A stretch of DNA of 63,136 nt from an uncultured Rickettsiales bacterium (GCA_947167315.1 CAMVHP010000002.1:1-63136); one strand, 5' to 3'. Counted from the first letter of the stretch, positions 37,055 through 49,321 are shown. The notes: generated by a model from the sequence alone, not told the origin. Numbers and translations are program-made.

Positions 37055-38140
37055 ATGGTCAAAGAGATTAAAAAAATAGCGATTCTAACCAGTGGTGGAG
37101 ATTGTGCTGGCTTGAATGCTGTAATGAATGCTGTTGTTAGACGGGCAACCGAAAAGGGAATAGAGGTATATGGAATACATGATGGTACATTTGGGTTAAT
37201 ATACCCAAATGTATCTTACAGAAGATTAACCGTAAAAGATTTTCAGAATGAATTTTCCTGTATAAAAAATGCCGGAACAATCTTGGGAAGTGTCAACAAT
37301 ATGAAGATGGAAAATAAATCATATCTGCAGTATGCTGATGCTTTTAGAAAAGGTGTTGAAGAACTTAGTATAAACTCAATTGTGGTTGTAGGCGGTGATG
37401 GGTCCGCTGCAATTATAAACGATTTTACTAAGGGAACCGACATAAACGTTGTTTTAATTCCAAAAACCATAGATAATGACACACCCTATACGGAATATTC
37501 AATAGGTTTTGATACCGCAAGAAATGTTTGTATGGAGATGTTGGATATGATACAGACAACCGCTTCAAGTCATCATAGAATTATGGTGGTGGAGGTTATG
37601 GGACGAGATGCTGGACATTTAGCTCTACACTCAGCAATAGCAGCATCTGCTAATGTGTGTCTAATCCCTGAAATACCCTATAGGTATGATAATGTTGTAA
37701 GAAAAATAAGAGAGATTAAAGATCAGGGTATAAATTATTCACTTGTGGTTGTATCTGAAGGTTGTAAAACTGAAAATGACGAAATAATTCATGTGAAAAG
37801 AAGCAACGGTATGAAAAGCTATTGTGGCTTTGGCAATTATCTTGCCAATAAACTTGAAGGTGAAGGTAATGATTTTATTGTAAGATCAACAACATTGGGA
37901 CATCTGCAGAGGGGTGGAAGGCCAAGTTGTTTCGATAGGATAACTGCCGCAAGATTTGGAGTTCACGCTGTTGATATAATATGCGAAGGAAAAAGTAGAA
38001 GGATGGTGGCCTTAAAGGATGGAAAAATAGTTGATGTTGATCTTGAAGAGGCGGTAAAAACTGGGTCGCAATTTGTTGATAAACATGGTGATCTGGTGGA
38101 TACGGCAAAAGCTTTGGGGATTTACGTTGGGGAAATTTAA
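37055..38140 (+). CDS. 6-phosphofructokinase (phosphoryl donor not assignable from sequence alone)
   Basis: SGGDCAGLNAV, GGDGS, PKTIDND, MGRDAGHLAL, LGHLQRGG. The start immediately follows the tkt stop. Confidence 0.9.
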   Translation: MVKEIKKIAILTSGGDCAGLNAVMNAVVRRATEKGIEVYGIHDGTFGLIYPNVSYRRLTVKDFQNEFSCIKNAGTILGSVNNMKMENKSYLQYADAFRKGVEELSINSIVVVGGDGSAAIINDFTKGTDINVVLIPKTIDNDTPYTEYSIGFDTARNVCMEMLDMIQTTASSHHRIMVVEVMGRDAGHLALHSAIAASANVCLIPEIPYRYDNVVRKIREIKDQGINYSLVVVSEGCKTENDEIIHVKRSNGMKSYCGFGNYLANKLEGEGNDFIVRSTTLGHLQRGGRPSCFDRITAARFGVHAVDIICEGKSRRMVALKDGKIVDVDLEEAVKTGSQFVDKHGDLVDTAKALGIYVGEI

Positions 38141-38164
38141 TAAAATTATAATTTACTTTTCCGT

Positions 38165-38620
38165 ATGAAAATTAACATAATAACCATTGGTAGTTTTGGA
38201 AAAAATGACGAATACTCTTCACTTTTTAAAGAGTATAGGAAACGTTTACCTTGGAATATTAATTTGTTGGAGCTGAAGAATTGTAGAAGCGATAATGTGA
38301 CAGAGAGAGTTGAGAAGGAAGGAATTGAACTTTTAAAAAACAGGGTAAAGGGTAATAAATTGATCGTGCTGGATGAAAGAGGTGAAATAACAACTACAAA
38401 TAAATTTGAAAATGTTTGTAGAAATTTTATTGAGACATCCGGAGGTATAGATTTTATAATTGGAGGATCCGACGGTCTTTCACAAAAGGTTAGAGACGAA
38501 GCAGATTTTGTATTGTCGTTTGGCAAAATGGTATTTCCACATCTCATGGTTAGGGTTATGTTGATTGAACAGCTGTACAGAGTTTATACCATCGAAAGTG
38601 GACATCCATATCATAAATAG
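38165..38620 (+). CDS. rlmH: 23S rRNA (pseudouridine1915-N3)-methyltransferase
   Basis: 151-aa SPOUT protein. LDERGE, FIIGGSDGLS, SFGKMVFPH. Confidence 0.85.
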   Translation: MKINIITIGSFGKNDEYSSLFKEYRKRLPWNINLLELKNCRSDNVTERVEKEGIELLKNRVKGNKLIVLDERGEITTTNKFENVCRNFIETSGGIDFIIGGSDGLSQKVRDEADFVLSFGKMVFPHLMVRVMLIEQLYRVYTIESGHPYHK

Positions 38621-38640
38621 TAGGTTTATTTACCACATTC

Positions 38641-39900
38641 TTATTCATACCTTAAAATCTCTGCTGGAGATGTTAGGCTGGCCTTGTGAGCTGGGTACAG
38701 AGTGGCTAAAAATGATAAAAGAATTGACATTGATGATATTAAGATAACATCACTAATGAAGACCTTTGATGGTAATTGTGATAGAAAATAGATAGTTGGA
38801 TTGAAAAGATTTAATCCAAAAATATTTTCTAAAAAATGCCTAATGTTTTCAATATTATAGGCAAAAAGTGTTCCCAATGCTGTTCCGATGAATGTTCCCA
38901 CAACACCAATGGTGGTTCCGCAAATAAAAAATATTCTCATTATGCCACCGTTACTGACTCCAATGGTCTTTAGAATTGCTATTTGTTTATTTTTATCCAT
39001 AACCATCATAATTAGACTGGATATGATATTAAACACTGCTATGATTATTATTAACGTCAATATTAAAAACATAACGTTTCTTTCAATATTTAGAGCCGAT
39101 ATTAAGCTGGAGTTGGCGTCTTTCCAATCGATTAGGCTAAAATCATAATCATCATTTAGGGCGTTAACTATTTTATCGTAGGTTTCATCAATGGTTTGTT
39201 GATTTTCAACAAAAATTTCTAGAGCACTGGCTGAATTTTTGTAGTTAAATTGTTTTTGCGCCATACTAAAGGGGATAAAAACAATCATGGAATCGTATTC
39301 ATATGCTCCACTGGAAAAAATACCGATTACTCTATAGGTTTTCATTTTTGGTATTATTCCAATTACTGTTGGATTAACCTCCGGAGATATAACCTTCACA
39401 TTATCACCTATGGAAAGATTTAAACTCATGGCCATTTGATTGCCGATAATTATTCCTGTTTCATTGTCGAAATTTTCAAGCTCTTCAACATTATCGATGA
39501 TCAGATTATTATATATTTCACTTTTGTTTTTTAAATCATTTAATAAAATACCCTTTACTAATCCGCCAACAGCCTTTTTTTCGCTGGTTATCATAACCTG
39601 ATTTTCTATTATGGGATTGACAGTTTTTACATTGTCAAGCTCTCCGATTATTTTTAACATGTCCTTATACTGGTATTTTGATTCATTTTTTGGAAAAACA
39701 CTCAAATGTGCATTTATGCCGATTATTTTACTGACAAGTTCTTCTCTAAAACCATTCATTACTGACATAACAACTATGAGTGTAGCCACTCCTAGTATTA
39801 TGCCTATAAATGAAAACAGAGCTGTAACCGATATAAACTTTTCTCTTCTCTTTGCCTTTAGGTATCTGAATGCTATAAAGAATTCCAATCTAGAAAACAC
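38641..39900 (-). CDS. lipoprotein-releasing system permease (LolC/LolE family)
   Basis: FIAFRYLKAKRREKFISV...SVMNGF at the N-terminus, a large periplasmic loop, and a C-terminal FtsX-type 3-TM bundle ending PAEILRYE. Confidence 0.85.
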   Translation of the reverse strand: MFSRLEFFIAFRYLKAKRREKFISVTALFSFIGIILGVATLIVVMSVMNGFREELVSKIIGINAHLSVFPKNESKYQYKDMLKIIGELDNVKTVNPIIENQVMITSEKKAVGGLVKGILLNDLKNKSEIYNNLIIDNVEELENFDNETGIIIGNQMAMSLNLSIGDNVKVISPEVNPTVIGIIPKMKTYRVIGIFSSGAYEYDSMIVFIPFSMAQKQFNYKNSASALEIFVENQQTIDETYDKIVNALNDDYDFSLIDWKDANSSLISALNIERNVMFLILTLIIIIAVFNIISSLIMMVMDKNKQIAILKTIGVSNGGIMRIFFICGTTIGVVGTFIGTALGTLFAYNIENIRHFLENIFGLNLFNPTIYFLSQLPSKVFISDVILISSMSILLSFLATLYPAHKASLTSPAEILRYE

Positions 39901-39902
39901 CG

Positions 39903-40664
39903 CTATTTCTCCACATTAAATTTGTATATTTTATATATTCCATTAACCGTTAAATCTGGTATAACTTTTGTTATAAAATTCAATTTGTCTATGAAAATAT
40001 TTGAGTATCCTCCGGTCATTATAACCTTTAAATCCTGATTTTTAAGTTCGTTTTTTATTGAATTAACAATTTCCTTTAGAATACCTATATAACCGTAATA
40101 CACACCAGATCTAACAGCTTCTTCCGTTGTTTGTCCTATAACTCTCTTTGGTTTAACAAAATCAACATGGGGTATTTTATCACATTTAGTGACAATAGAA
40201 TTGATGCAGGTGTCAAAACCACTCATAAAGGATACTCCTTCGAAATTACCACCTTTCGACACTACACTAAACGTAGTTGTTGTTCCCATGTCTATTATTA
40301 TGAAATTTTCTTTGTATAAATCTATACAATTAAATATGTTAGCCTTTAGGTCTGAACCCAAATCTTTTTTTGCCTTAAAATTTAACTTGTTTTTTTTATC
40401 ATCCACATCAAACATTTTTAGTTTATTGTACCTGCAATACTCTTTTTCTATTTGTTTTATACTTTCAACAACCGAAGATACAAGTACGACATCCATATCT
40501 TTTACGCTAATTCCATTCAGTTTGAATAGATTATTCAGAATAGAATTAAACTCCTTGTAGCTGGTTATATGTGAGTCTAAAATTCTACAAACAAATTTGA
40601 TTGTGTTGCCATCCCTAACCATGACACCGGTAGATGTGTTGCCGGTCTCGAATATAAGTATCAT
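39903..40664 (-). CDS. coaX: type III pantothenate kinase
   Basis: MILIFETGNTSTG (DxGNT-type phosphate-1 loop), IIIDMGTTTTF, MTGGYS. ATG 40664 is preferred. The 57-codon upstream extension in the ORF track has no homology and would run into the psd promoter region. Confidence 0.8.
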   Translation of the reverse strand: MILIFETGNTSTGVMVRDGNTIKFVCRILDSHITSYKEFNSILNNLFKLNGISVKDMDVVLVSSVVESIKQIEKEYCRYNKLKMFDVDDKKNKLNFKAKKDLGSDLKANIFNCIDLYKENFIIIDMGTTTTFSVVSKGGNFEGVSFMSGFDTCINSIVTKCDKIPHVDFVKPKRVIGQTTEEAVRSGVYYGYIGILKEIVNSIKNELKNQDLKVIMTGGYSNIFIDKLNFITKVIPDLTVNGIYKIYKFNVEK

Positions 40665-40785
40665 TGTGAGAAAAAATATAATTATATCAACATGTAATAT
40701 ATAATATTTATTTTTAAAATCAATAATTTTATTGATTTTAAAAAATATAAGAATAGTATCTGGGCAGGTTAATAAAAATAAACAA

Positions 40786-41466
40786 ATGTCATCGATAAAA
40801 AGTACTATAAATAGAGTAGTTATGCCAATAAGCACGGAGGGATACAGTATAATAGTGTTCGTGGCGGTTTTGGCTTGTGTATGTTCTCTAATATCAAGGG
40901 TTTTAGCGTCAATAGTATTTGTAATATTGTCTTTGTGTGTTTATTTCTTTAGAGATCCAAATAGAGTTATAAACGATGACGAGGAAGTTTTGGTGGCTCC
41001 TGCAGATGGTACTGTAGATGCCATAGAAAAAGTTTCGCCACCGGAAGAATTGGAGATGAATGAAGATATTGAATGGACTAGAATAAGTATATTTTTAAGT
41101 GTTTTTAATGTTCATATACAGAGAATGCCTTATGACGGAAAAATAAAAAAACTACACTATAGAGAAGGTAAGTTTTTGAATGTGTCCGTTGACAAATATA
41201 GTAAAGATAATGAAAGACAATCTTGTGTTTTGGAGATTGAAAACAACATACAGATACCAATAGTTCAAATAGCCGGAATGGTGGCAAGAAGAATAGTTTG
41301 TAACTTGAATGTGGGCCAAGAGGTTAAAAAGGGCGATAAATATGGTATCATTAAGTTTGGTAGTAGAGTTGATATTTATTTACCAGATGATATAGTACCA
41401 GCGGTAAAAGTTGGTCAAACAATGATTGCTGGTGAAAGCGTAATAGCAAAGATTAAAAATAATTAA
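40786..41466 (+). CDS. psd: phosphatidylserine decarboxylase proenzyme (short type)
   Basis: FFRDPNR, VAPADG, a FGSRVD self-cleavage-type site near the C-terminus, and the pssA neighbour. ATG 40786 preferred. Confidence 0.85.
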   Translation: MSSIKSTINRVVMPISTEGYSIIVFVAVLACVCSLISRVLASIVFVILSLCVYFFRDPNRVINDDEEVLVAPADGTVDAIEKVSPPEELEMNEDIEWTRISIFLSVFNVHIQRMPYDGKIKKLHYREGKFLNVSVDKYSKDNERQSCVLEIENNIQIPIVQIAGMVARRIVCNLNVGQEVKKGDKYGIIKFGSRVDIYLPDDIVPAVKVGQTMIAGESVIAKIKNN

Positions 41467-41505
41467 TTTTAATAATTATAACAACAATATGAATGAGGAA
41501 TAGTC

Positions 41506-42279
41506 ATGGAAAAAGAAGAACAAAGCAGTTTTGAGATTTATAAGTTAATACCTCATATGATAACAATGTCGGCATTGTGTCTGGGTCTGTTTGCTGTAAG
41601 ATTAGCAATAATCGGTAATTTTGAAGCAGCAGGTATATGTGTTATTATATCCTGTTTATGTGATGGTATAGATGGAAATGTTGCCAGAAGATTAAACGCT
41701 TCCAGTGAATTTGGAGCACAGATGGATTCATTAGCAGATTTCTTTAACTTCGGTATTGCTCCGGGATTTATAGTTTACTTCTGGAAAATGGAAGAGTTTG
41801 ATGCTATAAAAAAAGTTGCTTGGTTTCCGGTTTTACTGTTGGCAATATGCATGGCGATAAGATTAGCAAGATTTAATGTTGCTCTCACAAATGAAGATCA
41901 TGAAAATCCATTAAATAAATACTTTTTTAAAGGTGTTCCTGCTCCAATGGCAGCTTCTTTGGTTTTGTTTCCTATGGTTGTTAGTTTTGAGTTTCCAGAA
42001 TTTACAATATTTTCAAATCCTTTGTTTGTGATAATAAACACAACAGTTGTCGCTCTATTGGCTGGTAGTGTAATTCCTACACCGTGTTTGAAGAAAGTAA
42101 AATTTAAATCTTCACAGAAGCAACTGTTGTTGATGACAATAGGTGTTTTGTTGATTGGATTATTGATAAAAGTTTGGTTGTTCAGTTCAATTATTTGTTT
42201 CATGTATATAATTATGATATTTATTGGTTGGGGATACTACTATAAGTTTTACAAAGAATTAAATGGAAATAAAAAATAA
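41506..42279 (+). CDS. pssA: CDP-diacylglycerol--serine O-phosphatidyltransferase
   Basis: CDGIDGNVARRLNASSEFGAQMDSLADF is the CDP-alcohol phosphatidyltransferase motif. Polytopic. Confidence 0.88.
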   Translation: MEKEEQSSFEIYKLIPHMITMSALCLGLFAVRLAIIGNFEAAGICVIISCLCDGIDGNVARRLNASSEFGAQMDSLADFFNFGIAPGFIVYFWKMEEFDAIKKVAWFPVLLLAICMAIRLARFNVALTNEDHENPLNKYFFKGVPAPMAASLVLFPMVVSFEFPEFTIFSNPLFVIINTTVVALLAGSVIPTPCLKKVKFKSSQKQLLLMTIGVLLIGLLIKVWLFSSIICFMYIIMIFIGWGYYYKFYKELNGNKK

Positions 42280-42300
42280 CAGAAAAAGTACAGTATCGTT

Positions 42301-43005
42301 ATGAATATTTTGGAAGTAAAAGATATAAGTAAAAACTACTCCACTAAAAATGTTTTGAATGGTGTTAGTCTAGAGGTTAAAGAGGGTGAAGTTTTTGGTC
42401 TGATAGGGCTAAACGGAGCCGGAAAAACAACTATAATTAAAACCATTTTGAATTTAATAAAACAGGATAGTGGAGTAGTTAAAATATGTGGTGTTGATGC
42501 CAGTAAACATGAAAGCAGAGAAAATATATCTTACCTTCCGGAAAAATTTCAACCGTCGCAACAGTTGAAGGTTATTGAATTTATTAAAATATTTTCCAAA
42601 AATTTCGATCTGGAAAAAATAAAAGATTTGTGTGATGTTTTAGCATTAGATGTTGATGTTTTAAATAGAAAAATTAGTAGTTTATCTAAGGGTATGAGTC
42701 AAAAGGTTGGACTTATAACCAGTTTTATTGATAATAAAAAACTAATTATATTGGATGAACCTATGAGTGGTTTAGACCCAAAGGCCAGAATAAATTTGAA
42801 AAATTTACTGTTAAATTATAAAAAAAGCGGTAACTCTGTATTTTTTAGTTCACACATACTGGCGGATATAGATGAGATATGTGACAGAGTTGCGGTTCTG
42901 CACAACGGTGATATTCGATTTGTGGACACACCAGCGGCTTTAAAGAATAAGTTCAATACCACTTCATTGGAGAAAGCATTTTTAATGGAAATTGGGGCGA
43001 TATAA
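42301..43005 (+). CDS. ABC transporter ATP-binding protein
   Basis: GLNGAGKTT (Walker A), LSKGMSQK (signature), LIILDEP (Walker B). No permease gene adjacent. Confidence 0.85.
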   Translation: MNILEVKDISKNYSTKNVLNGVSLEVKEGEVFGLIGLNGAGKTTIIKTILNLIKQDSGVVKICGVDASKHESRENISYLPEKFQPSQQLKVIEFIKIFSKNFDLEKIKDLCDVLALDVDVLNRKISSLSKGMSQKVGLITSFIDNKKLIILDEPMSGLDPKARINLKNLLLNYKKSGNSVFFSSHILADIDEICDRVAVLHNGDIRFVDTPAALKNKFNTTSLEKAFLMEIGAI

Positions 43006-43065
43006 GTTATAAAAATATAAAATATATAGCCCTATAGCCCCAATACCTTTTGATCTATTATGCTT

Positions 43066-44022
43066 TTATTTTTTGTTTAGTTTGTCTATGAAGTTTGCTG
43101 CTTCTCTAATTTTTGTTTTTTCTTCTTCCGTTATATCATATTCGATTACTTTTTCTACTCCATCTTTTCCCATAACTGCAGGGCAACCCATACAGATATT
43201 TTCAACCCCGTATTCGCCGTTGCAGTACAAAGATACAGGTAAAGTTTTCTTTTCGTCGTTTAAATAACACTTCAAAACATTAAAAATTGACACCGCTGGA
43301 CCAAAAACAGTACTTTCTTTTTGTAGTAGATTTACTATTGTACCTCCGCCATTTGTTGCGGTGTTACATATTTCTGCGATTTTTTCCGACGATATGTTTG
43401 CATCTTTCTTTATATAATCAAAAAGTGGCACACCATCAACTGTTGTTTTACTTAGAAGATATACTATTTGAAGCCCATGTTGACACATTGCCACAGTTTC
43501 TATCCTGTCTGCGCTTATGTTTAGTTCTTTTGATAGATAATATTTAAATCTAGTGGCATCAAGCAGATTTCCAGATCCGACCGTTTTTCTTCTGTAAAAT
43601 CCACCAAAATCAATAAACTCTTTTAGTATTGCATCCAGTGGGTTTGTTACCATTATTATCAATGGTTGTTTTTCGTCCGTTGGTATTACAGATCTTAAAT
43701 CTCCGGCTATTTGTCTAATGATTTTTCTATTTGTATCCAGAAGTGTTTCTCTGTCCTGATAACCATTTTTATGAACAGCACCGGCCGTTATAACGATGGC
43801 ATCGGAGCCTTTAATTTTTGAATAATCATTACAACCAATGACTGAAATATTTTTTCCGTTTAATATAAAAGATTGTTGTAAATCTATGGCTTTTCCTTTG
43901 GCAAAATCTTCATTTATATCAAGCAACACTATTTCGTTGCAAATTTTGTTTATACCCGATATAAACGCTGTGCTGGAGGCAACGGCACCGGAACCTATAA
44001 ATGATATTTTTATGTTTGTCAT
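43066..44022 (-). CDS. L-lactate/malate dehydrogenase family oxidoreductase (substrate uncertain)
   Basis: KISFIGSGAVASS Rossmann start, ITAGAVHKNGYQDRETLLDTN, LDATRFKY, CQHG (catalytic His). 318 aa. Confidence 0.75.
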   Translation of the reverse strand: MTNIKISFIGSGAVASSTAFISGINKICNEIVLLDINEDFAKGKAIDLQQSFILNGKNISVIGCNDYSKIKGSDAIVITAGAVHKNGYQDRETLLDTNRKIIRQIAGDLRSVIPTDEKQPLIIMVTNPLDAILKEFIDFGGFYRRKTVGSGNLLDATRFKYYLSKELNISADRIETVAMCQHGLQIVYLLSKTTVDGVPLFDYIKKDANISSEKIAEICNTATNGGGTIVNLLQKESTVFGPAVSIFNVLKCYLNDEKKTLPVSLYCNGEYGVENICMGCPAVMGKDGVEKVIEYDITEEEKTKIREAANFIDKLNKK

Positions 44023-44434
44023 CCTGATTAAATTTGTTGGTCTAACCCTGTATACAATATTATTTTATTTTTTTCAAGGAGTTAATTCATAATTTTTATT
44101 AAATTGCACCAAAAAATGTATATAATATCTATTATAATTACTTTTAGTTGATATAGATTCAATATCAAAATTGAAAGATTGTTCACAAAGGACAATTTTA
44201 TTGTAAAAATATGCGGATTTTTGTACTAATTTCATTATATTTCTTGAAAATAAATAAATTTTGTTTATTGTTGTGATAACAATATTAAGGTAGGTTTAAG
44301 ATGAATTCAAAAATAATTATTTTGTGTCTAAGTTGTGTAATCTGTTTGATTTTAATAATTGGTGTAGCTTACGGTTTGCATAGCTTTTTTAATAGGAAAA
44401 AAATTGAAGGCGAAATACAAAAATATTTCAAAAT

Positions 44435-44947
44435 GTGGAACTTAAAACGAATTTAGGTAACGTTTTGGTTATATACTATTCTTTGGATGGTCACACAAGA
44501 ACTATTGCTGAAAACATAGCTGAAAAAACCAGAGCGACAATACATGAAATTGGTTTAACGGATTCATATACCGTACCGTCTGTATACTGGAAAAGTAAAA
44601 AACAATTGAAAAGTGGGAATTATCCAACAATAAGTAATTTACCAAATGTTAATGATTATGATGTGGTTTTTGTTGGTGCACCGGTTTGGTGGTTTACTTT
44701 AAATCCGGTTTTATTTAGTCTTTTGAAGGAGGTTGATTTTAAAAACAAACACGTAGTGTTATTTTCAACCCAGCAAAGCAATAAAGGTAATTTTTATGAT
44801 AAATTTAAAGAAAATGTTAAAAATGCCAGAGTTGTGGACTATATGGATTTTGACAACGTAAACAAGAGTTTTGACCGACAGGTAAATAATAAAATTACAA
44901 CTTGGTTGAATGCTGTTGATGATTTAATATCTCTTGAAAATAAATAA
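44435..44947 (+). CDS. flavodoxin-family protein
   Basis: VLVIYYSLDGHTRTIAENIAEKT (FMN phosphate loop) and GAPVWWF. Same architecture as the 1860-2396 protein. GTG start. A frame-shifted upstream ORF (44301-44456) encodes a TM anchor. Confidence 0.7.
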   Translation: MELKTNLGNVLVIYYSLDGHTRTIAENIAEKTRATIHEIGLTDSYTVPSVYWKSKKQLKSGNYPTISNLPNVNDYDVVFVGAPVWWFTLNPVLFSLLKEVDFKNKHVVLFSTQQSNKGNFYDKFKENVKNARVVDYMDFDNVNKSFDRQVNNKITTWLNAVDDLISLENK

Positions 44948-44981
44948 ATTAAATTTATAATTATAATCAAGTTTGTATTGA

Positions 44982-47438
<2,457 letters not shown>

Positions 47439-47482
47439 TATTTAAGCATAAATATTATATATACAAATAGTATATATAAACG

Positions 47483-47517
47483 ACAATAGCCCACCAAACT
47501 AGGTGAGCTATTGTTTC
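47483..47517 (+). terminator. terminator-like hairpin after gyrB
   Basis: ACAATAGCCCACC (47483-47495) pairs with GGTGAGCTATTGT (47502-47514) with one mismatch and a 6-nt loop, followed by TTCTAT. Confidence 0.5.
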
Positions 47518-47803
47518 TATATAAAGGAGGCAATTCGATTTTAATACAACTATTAGTATATATCAAGCATTTACTATATATATTATTTTTATATATTAGT
47601 TATGTTTATTTAAGTGATATTTATACGATTTTATGAAAAAAATATTCATAAAATACCTAGTTTTTCTAATATATACTCTTTGTGTTGTCATAAAATATAT
47701 ACAATATTTGATGTTTATCTAAATAATGTACTGTCTACATTATAATTATGGCCTACGATTGTTGCGAAATAAATATTTATTAACAATAATCGGAGTAATT
47801 TAC

Positions 47804-48079
47804 ATGTGCGATGACAGTCCAAACAGGAACTGCGATGGCAGAGAACAAGCGCTGTGGCGAGCTGTAATATTACAGGCCTTCATAGATCTAAAAAATAATT
47901 CTAAGAAGAAAATAGCAAACACCTTTAGAGTTAAGGCTACACTGTGGTTTAATATAAAAAATAAGGATTTTGTTAAAGTTTGTGATATGGCTAATCTAAA
48001 TCCTCATTATGTTTTAGATAAAGCCAATATTATAAAAAACATAAACTACGGTAAGTATTGTAGGAACAGAGCGAATTAA
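47804..48079 (+). CDS. small hypothetical protein
   Basis: GGAG 8 nt upstream of ATG 47804. 91 aa: MCDDSPNRNCDGREQALWRAVILQAFIDLKNN... No family recognised. Confidence 0.45.
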   Translation: MCDDSPNRNCDGREQALWRAVILQAFIDLKNNSKKKIANTFRVKATLWFNIKNKDFVKVCDMANLNPHYVLDKANIIKNINYGKYCRNRAN

Positions 48080-48161
48080 AAAGATTGCTTCATAAATAGT
48101 TTTATGTGTATAATTATCTAAAAAATGTAACTTTTTGTAATAATGTACACATGTTTTTTGC

Positions 48162-48189
48162 TTGACATATTGTTAAAATATGGTATACT
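48162..48189 (+). promoter_or_regulatory. near-consensus sigma70 promoter with extended -10
   Basis: TTGACA (48162-48167), 16-nt spacer ending TGG, TATACT (48184-48189). An 8-bp inverted repeat ATGGTATA/TATACCAT (48180-48187 / 48198-48205) overlaps the -10. Confidence 0.5.
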
Positions 48190-48219
48190 AGTTGTAATAT
48201 ACCATTTAATGAGGTTACT

Positions 48220-49213
48220 ATGGATAACAAAACACAAAAAATACAAACAATACAGACACTGTAAAATGAAATAAGGGATTTAGAGAAGTGTGACGAAGTA
48301 AAAGCACAAAGAATACTTGATAATAAGCAAGAACTACCTGAGTTAATGAATGAAGTTAATAATAAAAAAGATAGCCTTTGGACTAAAATTTTGCGTTTTT
48401 TTGGAAATAAAAAGGTGAAGAAATCAGATGCCGAAAAAGAAGAACTAAATAGCAAATTTAATGAAATAAAGGATAATGAAAATGCTCTTGATGATGATAC
48501 AATGCTGGAGAGACAGGAAAATTTAAAAACAGCTTTAAACAAGAGACTTGGTAAAAAGGCTAAATTCGAGTATGTAACAGATGAAGAATTACAAAAATTG
48601 AATGATGAGGAATTAGATACACTTATATGTCGAGACGGAATTCAAAAGGCAAAATTGCGAAATATAAGACAGAGTGGATATAAGATACAAGATAACAAAT
48701 ACGTAAGAGATATGGTAACGGAGTTATATGGTTCAAAATATGCTAGAAAAATTGCTTTAGAATGTGGTAATTTTTACATGTATAATAATTCTGATTACAA
48801 TAGACTTAGAATTGATATTGAAAGAGATATTAAAGAACATCAGGGACAAATGGAACAAATGGAAGGGTTTTTTGATAAAAATGGGCAAATTAAGAATGGA
48901 CAAATACATGAAGCACTTGGAGTTTTAGAAGATCTAAATGGTTTACAGAATGATACTGATGTTAAAATTGATAGTGAACACAAATCGCTAAGAACACGTG
49001 CTGATGAACACAAGCAAAATGAACTGGAAGGGATGGGCAAAGGAACTGAAGAAGAGTTCGATCAGCTACAAAGGCAGCTACAAGAACAAGAGCAGATACA
49101 AAATGCAGGGGATGATCTTGATAACCATTTGCCAAACAACCAGGTACAATTACCGTAAAGCGGTAACATCAGAGTTGTACACTAGTAATCACACTATCGA
49201 TTTATTTTGTTAA
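48220..49213 (+). pseudogene. disrupted paralogue of the clan-CE-like effector family
   Basis: GAGG then ATG 48220, 14 codons (MDNKTQKIQTIQTL), then an in-frame TAA at 48262-48264. The same frame continues through ORF 48346-49158. After a +1 shift the reading KAVTSELYTSNHTIDLFC* matches KVITSELYTNSHAIGIIY of the 15502-17211 protein but stops before the Asp/Gln/Cys positions. Confidence 0.55.
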
Positions 49214-49321
49214 ACATAAACAATATTTATTGTATTATTGATATCGTGTGAGTTTGCTACAAAATAAAACTTGTATATTTTTTTTGTTGTTATATTCTAT
49301 CGGTAAATTATTTTTAACAAG

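Noticed and set aside
38146-38547. Long antisense or shadow ORFs inside well-supported genes. Examples: 38146-38547, 55425-55904, 29138-29584, 40189-40560, 48114-48542, 24629-24946, 2006-2335, 17804-18117.
   Set aside because: They lie wholly within, and antisense or out of frame to, genes with strong family signatures. Their products are low-complexity with no motifs. Such ORFs are expected by chance in AT-rich DNA, where stop codons are depleted on the strand opposite Lys/Asn/Ile-rich coding sequence.
40665-40835. N-terminal extensions of ORF-track entries: coaX to 40835, nifJ to 25866, folE to 14771, flavodoxin to 1773, psd to 40732, argR to 1001.
   Set aside because: The homologous protein sequence starts at an internal ATG, often with an SD. 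The extensions overlap neighbouring genes or promoters and are hydrophobic or low-complexity read-through.
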